In this document: in pieces, positions 1-11,408 of the stretch
How positions within the stretch are numbered: the stretch's first letter is position 1
How the letters are laid out: the number at the start of each line of letters is the position of its first letter
Assembly: GCF_006345805.1 (NCBI RefSeq)
Contig: NC_042997.1
Location: 132,246,001 to 132,310,000, forward strand
Reading direction: 5' to 3'
From: Octopus sinensis
Taxonomy: Eukaryota
Length of the DNA: 64,000 nucleotides
Program-made: the position numbers and the translations under genes
The notes under the pieces: model-generated
Database searches by the model: none
Told to the model about the DNA's origin: nothing
The model's input: only the letters and a program-made list of their open reading frames with translations

Positions 1-267
1 GACTGGTATGCAATTGTTGTAGTTGATATTCAGCCTGAATATATTCAGGTCAATGCCTGCATGATATACGGGAGAGAGGAGGGGATCAGAAATCTAGTTT
101 AGATAATTGCTACAGCGCAAAATTTGCTATAGGTACCAGGAATCGTGGTTGCTCTCGTTTAGTTTCGAGTTGGCTTTGCCTAAGCAGGTCTATGAGTTAA
201 ACCAATCCAGCTGTAACCATCCCATGTTTTAGTACAAATCCCAACACCACCACACGTATATTTTTAT

Positions 268-752
268 GTGTGTCATTATTCAGATTATTTCAAGATTTCT
301 TGCCAATAGGGAAAGAACTGGTTTCTAAACTAGATCCATAGTTCCTTCATTGGAATTTCAACATCACCATCAGGGTAAGTATGTGCAGATTTGTATGTTT
401 TTATGTATGTATTCTCATACATATTAGTTGCATATGTAGACATGCTCATATATATTTAAATGATAAACTTCTGGAAAGTTTTACAGATTTTTACAGATCC
501 AGTGATGGATTGGATCTGTAGTCTTCGAATTAGCTTCCTCCTTTCTGGTTTTGAGAAGCCTAATTTTTCAAGATTGGTATTCAGGCAGTGTGTTACATAT
601 CCCAAGGCCCTAATAATTATAGGCATAAACCTGAACTTGTAATATGGATAGAATAACCGCAGATTTCTCAATAGATCAACATAGGTGATCTCTTTTTCAC
701 TGATCTTCACCTTTATGTTAACATCCACTGGGCAGTTAATTTCCACAACTGT
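268..752 (-). mobile_element. 5'-truncated RLE-type non-LTR retrotransposon (R4/Dong/NeSL-like), endonuclease C-terminus plus 3' UTR
   Basis: Open frame 456-752 reads TVVEINCPVDVNIKVKISEKEITYVDLLRNLRLFYPYYKFRFMPIIIRALGYV...KICKTFQKFII*, the typical post-PD-(D/E)xK tail of RLE LINEs. The N-terminal HTYI part of the ORF-track protein is only the (CATA)n microsatellite. Homologous copies lie at 38961-39375 and 1223-1295. Confidence 0.8.
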
Positions 753-896
753 GTATGTATGTATGTATGTATGTATGTATGTATGTATGTATGTATGATG
801 TATGTATGTATGATTGTATGTATGTATGTATGTATGTATGTATGTATGTATGTATGTATGTATGTATGTATGCATGTATGTATGTATGTATGTATG
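752..896. repeat. (TATG)n microsatellite
   Basis: Direct tandem repeat. Confidence 0.95.
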
Positions 897-992
897 TGTG
901 TATCTATGTAACGTGTGTCAGTGTATCTGTCTAAGTAAGACATGCCTTAGAAATCATTAGAGAAGCCACACACGGAGGGTAATTGTTAAAGT

Positions 993-1196
993 ATGCATTC
1001 ATTATGCGGCGTTTCTAATTACCGGGAGTGCGGAAACGAATGTGCGTCAGGAGGAGAATTAAAATATGACTTGACGGTTCGTCCAAACAATATTTTAACA
1101 CTTGGTGCAAGAGACGTCCATTGGTATCACATCCGTACAAAAGAGTGTAAATCTTTTGTAGAACTGAAATTCCACATCCGTGTTGCTCATGTTTAA
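993..1196 (+). pseudogene. Degenerate double C2H2 zinc-knuckle/finger, probably a LINE (RTE-like) ORF2 C-terminus
   Basis: YRECGNECASGGELKYDLTV...WYHIRTKECKSFVELKFHIRVAHV* aligns to the peptide at 1504-1737 with several Cys/His lost. Confidence 0.5.
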
Positions 1197-1222
1197 AAGA
1201 ACAACCAATGGGGGGGGGGGAG

Positions 1223-1295
1223 CCTTGAATCTAGGTTGAAACTAGTTCTTTCTCTATTGGCAAGAAATCTTGAAATAAAACTGGACAATGACATC
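1223..1295 (+). mobile_element. Short 3' UTR fragment of the RLE LINE, ending in (GATA)n
   Basis: ...tctctattggcaagaaatcttgaaataaaactggacaatgaca matches the 3' ends of the copies at 268-752 and 38961-39375. Confidence 0.7.
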
Positions 1296-1503
1296 GATCG
1301 ATAGATAGATAGATAGAAAAAATATCCTTCAGTTTATACGGTACTCGGTTAGTACGGTTTTACTTAAACGTGTCTTTGGTTGTTATTTTTTCCTTCACTT
1401 CAGATATACAGAAACTTTAATTCTTTTATATTTTGTTAGACATCTTTGCGAATGAATAATAAACATTTTGCGAATGAATAAAGCCATTGCCGAGGCTTAA
1501 CTG

Positions 1504-1737
1504 TTAACGGTGTTGTGATCGAATGTGACTTTTTAGCCCAGCTAAAGATCCACAATGTCTTGTACAGAATTGGCAGCTAAAACCTTTACTGGCAATAACC
1601 AGCTGTAGTTGTAACTGGGCTTCATCTACCTTTGCATGTCGTTTAAGTCCTCCCGACGAATCACAATCCCTTCCATATATCTGAGATATATGCTTAGTGG
1701 TAGCACCACTACCAGCGGCCTGGTCTCGCTTTATTGT
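1504..1737 (-). pseudogene. Double C2H2 zinc-finger remnant, probably a LINE ORF2 tail
   Basis: ATG-less 78-codon frame, absent from the ORF track: ...KHISQIYGRDCDSSGGLKRHAKV...GFSCQFCTRHCGSLAGLKSHIRSQHR*. The second finger is intact (C-x2-C-x12-H-x4-H); the first has C>S and C>Y. A short tandem repeat (ttattcattcgcaaa) follows. Confidence 0.6.
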
Positions 1738-2418
1738 TCATTCAAATACCGACACAACCATATTAGGCGGTGAGTTGCAGACAGAATACTTCAGAGTTCA
1801 AATCCTTTTCATTTAATAGTTATAATCGTAAGACTGCAATCATGCTGGAGTAATGCCTTACTTTCAGCTTTGTTGTCACTTTATTGCTGGAAGTTGGTCT
1901 ATAGTTGAGTTTGTAGCAGCTGAGCGCTTTGAATGACTGACTGGTCCGATATCGTCATTAGGAGTTCATCAAATGTCGTTTTTGCTTTTATTTTAAATGT
2001 TTCAGTAAATGTCCCTTTTGTATTTTCGATTTCTTTAGGTAGGCAGTTGAACAATTGCGGACCTCAACTCCGTCACCCGGTTTAACACTAGTACGTGGTA
2101 CCTTGCGTACTTTTAGCGGAGTACAATCTGTTGCAAACAGTCAGGCCAGCTTCCCATTTTTTTTTTAATGTTATGTTATGCTGTTTTGTTTACAAAAAAA
2201 AAAGAAAAAAGAATCTGCGCAACGATAGCTCTGAAAGTATATTTCGGAGAATTGTTGTACATTTCAGTGATACAGGAAGAGAAAAAAATTCTGCTTCAAA
2301 ATATCCCGTTTTTTTTTTGTTTTCTTTCCTGCTTAGCATTTTCATAAAAAGTAATTAGCTGTATTCATGATTTTAACACTGAATGTATTAGAAAGGATTA
2401 GTACGTCACATATATGCA

Positions 2419-2501
2419 TATACATACATACATACAACATACATACATACATACATACATACATACATACATACATAATACATACATACATACATATATA
2501 C

Positions 2502-2538
<37 letters not shown>

Positions 2539-2865
2539 TATATATAATATATATATATATAATATATATATATATATATGCATATATATATATGTATACA
2601 TATATATATATGTATGTATATATATATGTATATATATATATATACATATATATATGTATATATATGTATATATAAATATGTATATATATGTATATATATA
2701 TACACACATACATATCTATATGTATATCTATATGTGTATATATATATATATATGTATATATATACAAATATATATGGATTTTATACACACACACACGCAC
2801 ACACAAACACGCACATACACACACACATATATATGTATATATATATATATATGTTTATATATGTA
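2419..2865. repeat. Compound (CATA)n/(TA)n/(CA)n microsatellite
   Basis: Direct tandem repeats; source of several spurious ORFs. Confidence 0.95.
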
Positions 2866-3141
2866 TACAACAAAGACATCCCCGAGTTTGACTTGTAACA
2901 TTTTTATTCGAGTTTCATTTTTTTCTTCTAGTATTTCCTTATTATTCCTTTTATGTCTAGTTTCGAACAATAAAGTTCCAAACTCAACACAAAGAACAAG
3001 TGCGGAAATATGAAAAATCTTTAATAAAAAAAGATTAAATTCAAACACAATCGTGACTTCAATATTACATGGCTGAAAGAAAAGGTGTTCTCTGTGTGCC
3101 TGCACACGCATGCGCACTCCCCCCACATGTATGTATGAATA

Positions 3142-3174
<33 letters not shown>

Positions 3175-3245
3175 GCACATATATATAAAACACGTATGTA
3201 TATAAGTATGTATGCATCTATCTAAGTATATATCTGTCTGTCTGA

Positions 3246-3279
<34 letters not shown>

Positions 3280-3849
3280 GTATCATGCATGTATGTAAGC
3301 ATATATGTATTCATAATCATATATATGTATGTGCGTGTGTGTGTTTGTGTACATTAAATATATATGGTGCGTATGAATCATATGTACACACACATACACA
3401 CACACACACGCCCACACACATATTTATATATATATATATGTATATATATATATTATATATATATATATTATATATATATATATATGCATGGGTTTTGTGT
3501 GTATGCACATACATATTAATGCGTTCAGTCACAGAGGCACTCACATGCAAACATATATTTTTTTTATGGACTTCGTGTTTTTCAAACGTGTAACACAAAT
3601 ATATATTGATTTTAGCCGTGGGACTCGAAAAAAAAAATTGTGTATTTACACGGGAAATATGATTTGCTGTCGATGCACAAGATGCGATAATACATACAAG
3701 GAAAATATATAACACAATCTATGAAGGTGTATGTGTATGTGTGTGTGGTAAAAGCAACATACGGAACACAGTTTGTTTTAACCCGCATTTTTTGTTAATA
3801 TTTCAATGATTAGGCATCTTTGAGCCCTTTATTTTACATCTCAACTTAA

Positions 3850-6031
3850 AAGAGAAGCACTTGGATAAGAAGATAGGACTTGAGGATTTGGTGGTTCTTT
3901 TATGGCATAAATTTGTGAAGGATATGATGTAAAAAAAAAAGAGTTTCGGACTCACGCAAGGCTAAAGAGAAACTATCGACAATTTCTTTGAAATCGTCAT
4001 CTTTTGGTTGAAGGAAGCATATGTGAGTTGCAAAAATATAAAAATCATGAGAAGACTTTGTCAAAGTGGCTTATCCATAAATAATTTTGGTTTAACAACG
4101 GCAGGGCAACAGACTTTGAAAGCGCTGCTACCAAACTAGCGAGACATATGTGCATCAAAAATGTCGGAGTTAGTGATGGATGGTAATGATAAGTTAGATG
4201 TCACATAGATTGGATAATAAAATTACCCATGGTGCAGCGGGTAATGTACCAACAGAAGAAATCTAAGTATTGAAGAAAAAATTAACGGACTTACTTGCGG
4301 AGAGCCGCGAATTTCTCAAATATGTAATTGGGATGAACTTGAGTTGTACAGCAATCACTACACCACAATACCTAAATTTTATAAACAAAGCCTCCATACG
4401 CAGTTCTTATTTCTTTACTACACACAAGGGGCTAAACACAGAGGTGACAAACATGGACAGGAAAACGGATTAAGTCGATTATATCGACCCCAGTGTGTAA
4501 CTGGTGCTTATTTAATCGACCCCGAAAGGATGAAAGGCAAAGTCGACCTCGGCGGAATTAGAACTCAGAACGTAGCGGCAGACGAAATACTGCTAAGCAT
4601 TTCGCCCGGCGTGCTAACGTTTCTGCCAACTCGCCGCCTTAACTCCATACGTAGTTCTACATTAAGTAAGGAACATTGCTCGGCTTTGTGTTGCTGGAAC
4701 ACAGACGATATTTATCGTTTAAACTCAATGATGCTGAAGACGCCAAGCGCTCCAGAGTTTTGAAAGACACAATGTACCAGCGACCATTGTATAGTTACCA
4801 TTCTAAGCGATCGTGATTACACATGCATATTCTTAATGACTGTTTCTTGAATTTCATTTCTGCAATGCGTAAACACTACGATGCTCTTAAAGGGTTTCTA
4901 TTGATGAGGTGAAGGTGCTATTAATTTTGGGCGACCTTTCTGGTCTCTCAGATAGCCACTAATTTAATTGTAATAATGGTAAAGTGCAAATCTTTGCTAC
5001 TCAATGTGACCTCTACAATTTAGCCAGAGAATAAAGGTATAATTGTAGCTTTCAAGAGATTATACCAGTTACGATGTTTGTACGAATATCAGTTGGTAAT
5101 TAAAGGGGAAGATCTTAGGGGAGAATACACGCGATCAGAGAGCTCTCTAGTATTAAGAACTACATCAAGTCTGTATTATACATTCTTGTAGGTTTTATGA
5201 ATGTCACTGAAGACTATTACTGTAGCCAATAACTGGAAACAATTTCTGTTCTATGTGGATTTCAGACAAGAGATTTCGATTGTGTACTTTAGAGGGCAGT
5301 CGAAACGTTACAAAAGACGACGTCAGAACCTGGCTAGAGGACACAGAAAATGAACCTGGATATCAAGTGTTAACAGAGGTAGGGGATGATGTTTTCATGG
5401 GTAATAGTAGAGTTAAAGAGGTTGGTGGAAATATCGAATCATTTCTCACTTTGTAATATATCCTTTGATGACGTCATTTCACAGAGCTTGTCATTGAAAT
5501 GTAGAATTAGCAAGACAAACTAATGAAGTTACCCATTCTCCAAGTAAATTTGTCTCCACACCACACCAGGTGCTAAGCCAACTAATAATATTGATGGCAT
5601 ACCGACTATTAACTCAGTTATTCACGCCTAATTTCCGTGAGTAGGAGATAAAGAACATTGGAATATGCTGACTATACGAAGCTATTAACGACAAGTTATC
5701 ACCTGTAACCTCACCTCCTTTGCATGAAGCTCGTTTATCATCTACGAAATGAGAATGACACTAATAATTTACTCATATCAATTTATGCATATTTAAATAC
5801 CGTAGTATCAAATGTTTATATAATATATAACACACACACACATTATTTATTCAGATATTTTATATAAATTTGTGATGTTTATATTGTTTTCAGTAATTTC
5901 TTAATTACAGTTTATTATTTTCAGTATACATAAGCAATATTTTAACTCCCTTAAAATCGGTTGACTTGAGCATTCAGCTATAGTGGGCACTCTTCTCTCA
6001 CAGTAGTACGGTTTAACGAGGTTTCACAGTA
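3850..6031 (+). mobile_element. Decayed pogo/Tigger DNA transposon (CENP-B HTH + DDE_1 transposase relic)
   Basis: Interrupted frames give VSDGW...ITHGAAGNV...SQICNWDE, KEHCSALCCWNTD, NVTSTI..GIIVAFKRLY and DDVRTWLEDTENEPGYQVLTE. A right TIR-like ...cggtttaacgaggtttcacag|ta ends at 6031. The left end was not located. Confidence 0.75.
4408..4642 (-). mobile_element. SINE family B (tRNA-derived), single unit nested in the Tigger relic
   Basis: Head ggcggcgagttggcagaaacgttagcacg, B-box-like gttctaattcc; 16-bp TSD ctccatacg(c/t)agttct at 4392-4407 and 4643-4658. Confidence 0.9.
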
Positions 6032-6145
6032 ATTTCAATAACTAACCACAAAATTAAATATTCTCTTCTTACAAATATATAATTTTCGGCAATGTAAATA
6101 GTTCATAGATGGAAAGAATGAAAAAGAATGAAAAAAACTAAAGAA

Positions 6146-6601
6146 TTCTTTTCCTTGTTTTACTCACTGGACTGCGGCCATGCTGGAGTATCAACTTGAA
6201 GGATTTCAGTCGAACAATCGACCCTAGTTCTTATTTTTAACTCTGGTGAATATTCTATCTGTTCTTTTTTTTTAGCAGAAGTTATGGGGATGTGAACAAA
6301 CAAGCACCGGTTGTCAAGCGGTGAGGGACATACACAGACAGAAAGGCACACACCTGCGCGCACCTGCGCGCACCTGCGCACACGCACGCGCACACACCTG
6401 CGCACACGCACGCACACACACACACACATACATATATGACGAGCTTCTACACAGTTTCCGTCCACCAAATTCACTCATAAAGCACTGGTCGTCCCGGGGC
6501 TTTAATAGAAGACATTTGCCTAAGGTGCCACTCAGTGAGACTGAACCTGAAACCACGCGGCTGCAAAACGAGTTTCTTATCACACAGTCATACCAGCGCC
6601 T
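6146..6601 (-). mobile_element. SINE family A (tRNA-derived, about 450 bp, internal microsatellite)
   Basis: Matches the family pattern aggcgcaggagtggctgtgtggtaag...[microsatellite]...actgaaacaagtaaaagag seen more than 10 times in the window. Confidence 0.85.
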
Positions 6602-6949
6602 CGCAGGAAATAATATTAATCTCGGAGAAAAAAACCCCAAACCCTTAAAAAGTAACTAATATCTAAGTCTGCAAGGCATTTTACTATTAAACAGACCTTC
6701 GTTATACATATTTAGAGCTAAATAAATCTCATAGGGAGTAATTAAAGATAATAATAAAGACTGTTAAGAACTAGAATTACTCTGACAGTAAGTAGTATTT
6801 TACAGGACCGGAGTAAAACAATTACGAAAAGACAAAACTTTGAAGGAATCTATATACAAGGAATTGCTAAAGAGGATTATTTATAAAATAAAATAAATCT
6901 AAAATATATATTCAAGATATATGTTTAAAACATGCATTTAAACATAATG

Positions 6950-7252
6950 TGGAGGCGCAATGGTTAGGGCAGCGGACTCGCGGTCGGAGGATCGCGGTTT
7001 CGATTCCCAAACCGGGCGCTGTGTGTGTTTATTGAGCGAAAACACCTGAAAAAGCTCCACGAGGCTCTGGCAGCGGGTGGTGCCAACCCCTGTTGTACTC
7101 TTTCGCCACAATTTTCTCTCACTCCTTCTTTCTGTTTCTTGAGTAACGCTGCAATGGACTGGCGTCCAGTCCAGCTGGGGGGGGGGGGGACACATGCGCC
7201 ACAGAAACCAGGAAACCGGGCCCACGAGCCTGGCAAGGCTTGAAAAGGGAGA
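6950..7252 (+). mobile_element. SINE family C (tRNA-Arg-like head), tail type 1
   Basis: tggaggcgcaatggttagggcagcggactcgcggtc...gtttcgattccc (A/B boxes), tail gctgcaatggactggcgtccagtccag. Confidence 0.85.
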
Positions 7253-7513
7253 CAAGTACAATTTAAAGATAATAGAAGGGTTAGCCAAAAGTCTCGCGAA
7301 AGTAAATCAAAATTCCATAAATATTTAATATTCCGTTGTATTTATGAATGTTTAATAATTGAATTCTGTGAGTTAAAATCACCGTTTCTTTTCAACATTT
7401 GTCTGTTTATAAGCGAAATCACGCATAAAATAACTTTTTGTTTTAATCTTGGAATGGAATGGTTTTGATTTAATGTCAGGTGACTTTTGGCCAACCCTGT
7501 ATAATAGAATATT

Positions 7514-8052
7514 CTTTTCTGCTCTAGGCACAAGGCCCGAAATTTTTGAGGAGGCGGCCAGTCGATTAGATCGACTCCTGTACACTACTGGTACTTAATT
7601 TCATCGACCCCGAAAGAATGAAAGGCAAAGTCGACCGCGGCGGAATTTTAACTCAGATAGACGAAATACCTATTTCTTTACTACCCATAAAGGACTAAAC
7701 ACAGAGAGGACAAAGAAGGACAGACAAACGGTACTTAATTTCATCGACCCCGAAAGAATGAAAGGCAAAGTCGACCGCGACGGAATTTGAACTCAGAACA
7801 TAAAGATAGACGAAATACCTATTTCTTTATTACCCATAAGGGACTAAACACAGAGAGGACAAAGAAGGACAGACAAACGGATTAGGTCGATTATATCGAC
7901 CCCAGTGCGTAACTGGTACTTAATTTATCGACCCCGAAAGGATGAAAGGCAAAGTCGACCTCGGCGGAATTTGAACTCAGAACGTAACGGCAGACGAAAT
8001 ACGGCTGCGCATTTCGCCCGGCGTACTAACGTTTCTGTCAGTTCGCCGCCTT
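7514..8052 (-). mobile_element. SINE family B tandem array (3 units)
   Basis: One head plus three internal units; exact 16-bp TSD tgtataatagaatatt at 7498-7513 and 8053-8068. Confidence 0.9.
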
Positions 8053-8097
8053 TGTATAATAGAATATTAAACAAATTCCTTTTAGGAATATGTATAT

Positions 8098-8315
8098 CTC
8101 TTTTACTCTTTTACTTGTTTCAGTCATTTGACTGCGGCCATGCTGGAGCACCGCCTTTAGTCGAGCAAATCGACCGCAGGACTTATTCTTTGTAAGCCTA
8201 GTACTTATTCTATCGGTCTCTTTTGCCGAACTACTAAGTTACGGGAACGTAAACACACCAGCATCGGTTGACAAGCGATGTTGGTGGGACAAACACAGAC
8301 ACACAAACATACACA

Positions 8316-8404
<89 letters not shown>

Positions 8405-8576
8405 CTTATATATGACGAGCCTCTTTCAGTTTCCGTCTACCAAATCCACTGTGAAGGCTTTGGTCGGCCCGAGGCTATAGTAGAAGGCACTTGCCCAAGT
8501 TTCTACGCAGTAGGACTGAACCCGGAACCACGTGGCTGGTAAGCAAACTAATTAGCACACAGCCACTCCTAAGCCT
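8098..8576 (-). mobile_element. SINE family A
   Basis: Full-length copy with internal (CA)n(TA)n. Confidence 0.9.
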
Positions 8577-9309
8577 GTGTAGACAATAAGCAATCAACGG
8601 TATTTCTGAACATTACTGTCTGGAGTCCTAGCACTCATAGGGCCCATTACTAAGTCTCTATTGTGTATAAGTGATCAGAGTCACAACATTCTCCATGAAC
8701 TGGATTATTGAATGTCAATTTGTCTCAGGGTTACTTATTTACCGGTGAGTGGACTGGAGTAACGTGAAATGAAGTGTTTTGCTCAAGAACGCAAAGCACC
8801 GCACGGTTTGGGAATCAAAACCAATATCATGCGATCGTGAACGCGATGCGTTAACCATTTGGCTACGCACCTTCACAACGGTAATTCTATGTGAATAGAA
8901 ATCGAGTGTAAAAAAAAAGCAATCGTTATTTAAATCGGCAAATTAAAATTGAAGGAACATAATCAACAAAGAGGATATTACTGTCTTATTAATTACACAG
9001 AAAAACAAATGGCTACAGAAATAAGACGTTTCAATGAGATGGGTGCATTTTGCATTGCAGATCAACAATCATATAACAATATAGAAGCGAAGGTTATAGT
9101 TATGAGAACCCCCCATCCCCAGCAAAACTAACCTTCGTTATAGCATATATTTACTTAAATAAGAAACAATAATTACTTAAATTTATTGACGTCTAAATCC
9201 CTCTGGTATTTTATTTTCTCTATCAACTAACAACCAGGTTATAAAAAAAACTATAAATCATATAAACGTGTATTTAAAATCTTTTTTCTATCTATGATAT
9301 ATATATATA

Positions 9310-10325
9310 CTAGCATTAAAGACCCGTCGTTGCCGGGTCATAGTGCTAGTACATGTATATATGTGTATATATATGTGTACATATTACATGTACATCTCTA
9401 TATATACATCTACACATAAAATACAAAATACAAAGTTATATCTTGATATCGCTAGTGATAACAATACTCAAAATATATAACAGACTGGAATTGTTAGCCC
9501 GTCTCTTGTAATTTCGATCAATTGTATCTTGTCCTCCCTCTTATATAGAGGTGTGGCTACAATCCACCCTACCTCTACTTCTGGTGGGAGGGGGGCATTT
9601 AAAATTTTTTTCCGGGACCTCCTACGTCCCAGATATAAAGGTAAAAATAAAATATTTCCACTTTGCAAGTTCGAGTCGAGTACTTCCTTGCACGCTCCGT
9701 TGACTCGAACCTTGCTTCTATTGTGGCGAATTTACTGCCTATGATTAGATACCTTTCATAGTCGCACCAAGACACTTTTCGAAGGTGCTTTCCTCCACGT
9801 GTTCAAATTTTTTTTCTCTACATTGTATACATTATAGACAATAGTCTTTTCTTTAATTTAATTTTTTATCACCCAATGGACTATTCCATTTCTGCACGCT
9901 AATTTTATTTTTAATTTATTCCCATTCATGTGAAACCACTTATTCAAGTTCAAGTCATTGATACAATTTTATACCAATTGCTATTTTTACTTTTGTTATG
10001 TTACGATTATATTATACTTTAGTTTGATTTTAATTATTACTTACTACATATAATTCAATTGTTATTATTATTTTTATTGTTAAAGTGAAAGTATCTGACA
10101 TAAAATAGAGAAACGTTTTTGTTTCACTTTTAACACGTAATACTGAAATAGTGGAGAAGATATGATATTGCTATGGGCTCGCTCTAGGCAAGAAGTTGAA
10201 TATTTTTTTGCCCATGAAACTACATAGACCCTAAGTAAGGCATGTGTAAAATTTGAATGAAATTGGTTGTGTAGTTCTCAAGTTTTAGGGAAACACATAG
10301 ACAGACACACATTCTCAGGTTTATA
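9310..10325 (-). mobile_element. Non-autonomous Helitron
   Basis: The minus-strand 3' end has the hairpin gacccg-gcaacga-cgggtc (9321-9339), a 7-nt spacer, then CTAG|T (9310-9313). The 5' end merges into (TA)n. Confidence 0.7.
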
Positions 10326-10337
10326 TATATATATATT

Positions 10338-10371
<34 letters not shown>

Positions 10372-10417
10372 CATACATATATATATATATTTACATACAT
10401 ACATATATATATATATG

Positions 10418-10679
10418 TGGAGGCGCAATGGCTCAGTGGTTAGGCAGCGGGCTCGCGGTCTTAGGGACGCGGTTTCGATTCCCTGACCGGGCGTTTGAGT
10501 GTTTCTTGAGCGAAAACATCTAAAGCCCCACGAGCGATCCCTGCTGTACTCTTTCGCCACGACTTTCTCTGTTGACCTTCTTGCTTCGCCAGCGGGATGG
10601 CATCATTTGAAGGCTAAAACAATGTGCTTCGCATTGCGACCACCGATGTGTAGCAACATCCGTCAGGTGATCACAGTGA
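10418..10679 (+). mobile_element. SINE family C, tail type 2
   Basis: Same head as 6950; tail ...gaaggctaaaacaatg...gatgtgtagcaacatc...cacagtga shared with 39806-40100. Confidence 0.85.
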
Positions 10680-10681
10680 TA

Positions 10682-10758
<77 letters not shown>

Positions 10759-10780
10759 GTCGAAGCATTCCTGTCACAAT

Positions 10781-10825
10781 TTGAACCTGATGAATGCTTA
10801 AATGCAAGAAAGTATACTAGTTCAA
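10781..10825 (+). ncRNA. Putative minimal type I hammerhead ribozyme
   Basis: ttgaac-CTGATGA-a tgc ttaaat gca a-GAAA-gtatac-TA-gttcaa: 6-bp stem I, palindromic stem III (agtatact), weak 3-bp stem II. Confidence 0.65.
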
Positions 10826-10982
10826 TGAGAATAGTCATTTAATATTTAATTTTCAATATTTCAGTTTTCAATAAGACAATCAATACTTCATTTCATTTCT
10901 TTCTTACATATATTCTATATCTTATATTAATATTATAAGAATATAAATATAACATAAAAAACAGAGTTGGAATTCCTTTGAG

Positions 10983-11052
<70 letters not shown>

Positions 11053-11217
11053 ATATATATATAATATATATATATATATATCTATATATATATATATGTG
11101 TGTGTGTGTATATATATATATGTTTATATATTTTCAAAGTATCATATATCCAAATAAGAAACGCACTCTAAAGTACAGAGCAGTATAATATTAAAGCACT
11201 AAGTTAAATTCTGGTCA

Positions 11218-11283
11218 TAAAGTGACCAATGGTTTCGCAATCACGAAAGCTGAAACTCTGCGGACAGCTCATCAGATTCTTTA
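11218..11283 (-). ncRNA. Putative type I hammerhead ribozyme (imperfect stems)
   Basis: taaag aa t-CTGATGA-gc...gc-GAAA-cca t tgg-TC-a cttta. Core and GUC site intact; stem I bulged, stem II short. Confidence 0.55.
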
Positions 11284-11339
11284 CAAAGACAAATTTAACC
11301 CTTCAGCTCTCGGAGGTGGACAGCTACATATATATATAT

Positions 11340-11370
<31 letters not shown>

Positions 11371-11408
11371 TTGCCTTGTGCAAAAAAAAAATATATATAT
11401 ATATATTT

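Noticed and set aside
2940-2990. Minus-strand gaac-tttatt-gttc-GAAA-ctag resembling the 3' half of an HHR
   Set aside because: No CUGANGA core and no UH site; at most a fossil.
2342-3180. Many long ORFs rich in Y/I/H/T/C/V here and throughout the window
   Set aside because: They are translations of (TA)n, (CATA)n and (CA)n microsatellites, which lack stops in several frames.
5253-5456. Apparent spliced exon (cag...GAG|gtaggg)
   Set aside because: The peptide matches the Tigger transposase C-terminus in line with upstream DDE motifs.
7514-8052. Regularly spaced repeats resembling a CRISPR array
   Set aside because: The units are long (up to about 183 bp) SINE segments without unique spacers; eukaryotic context and no cas genes.
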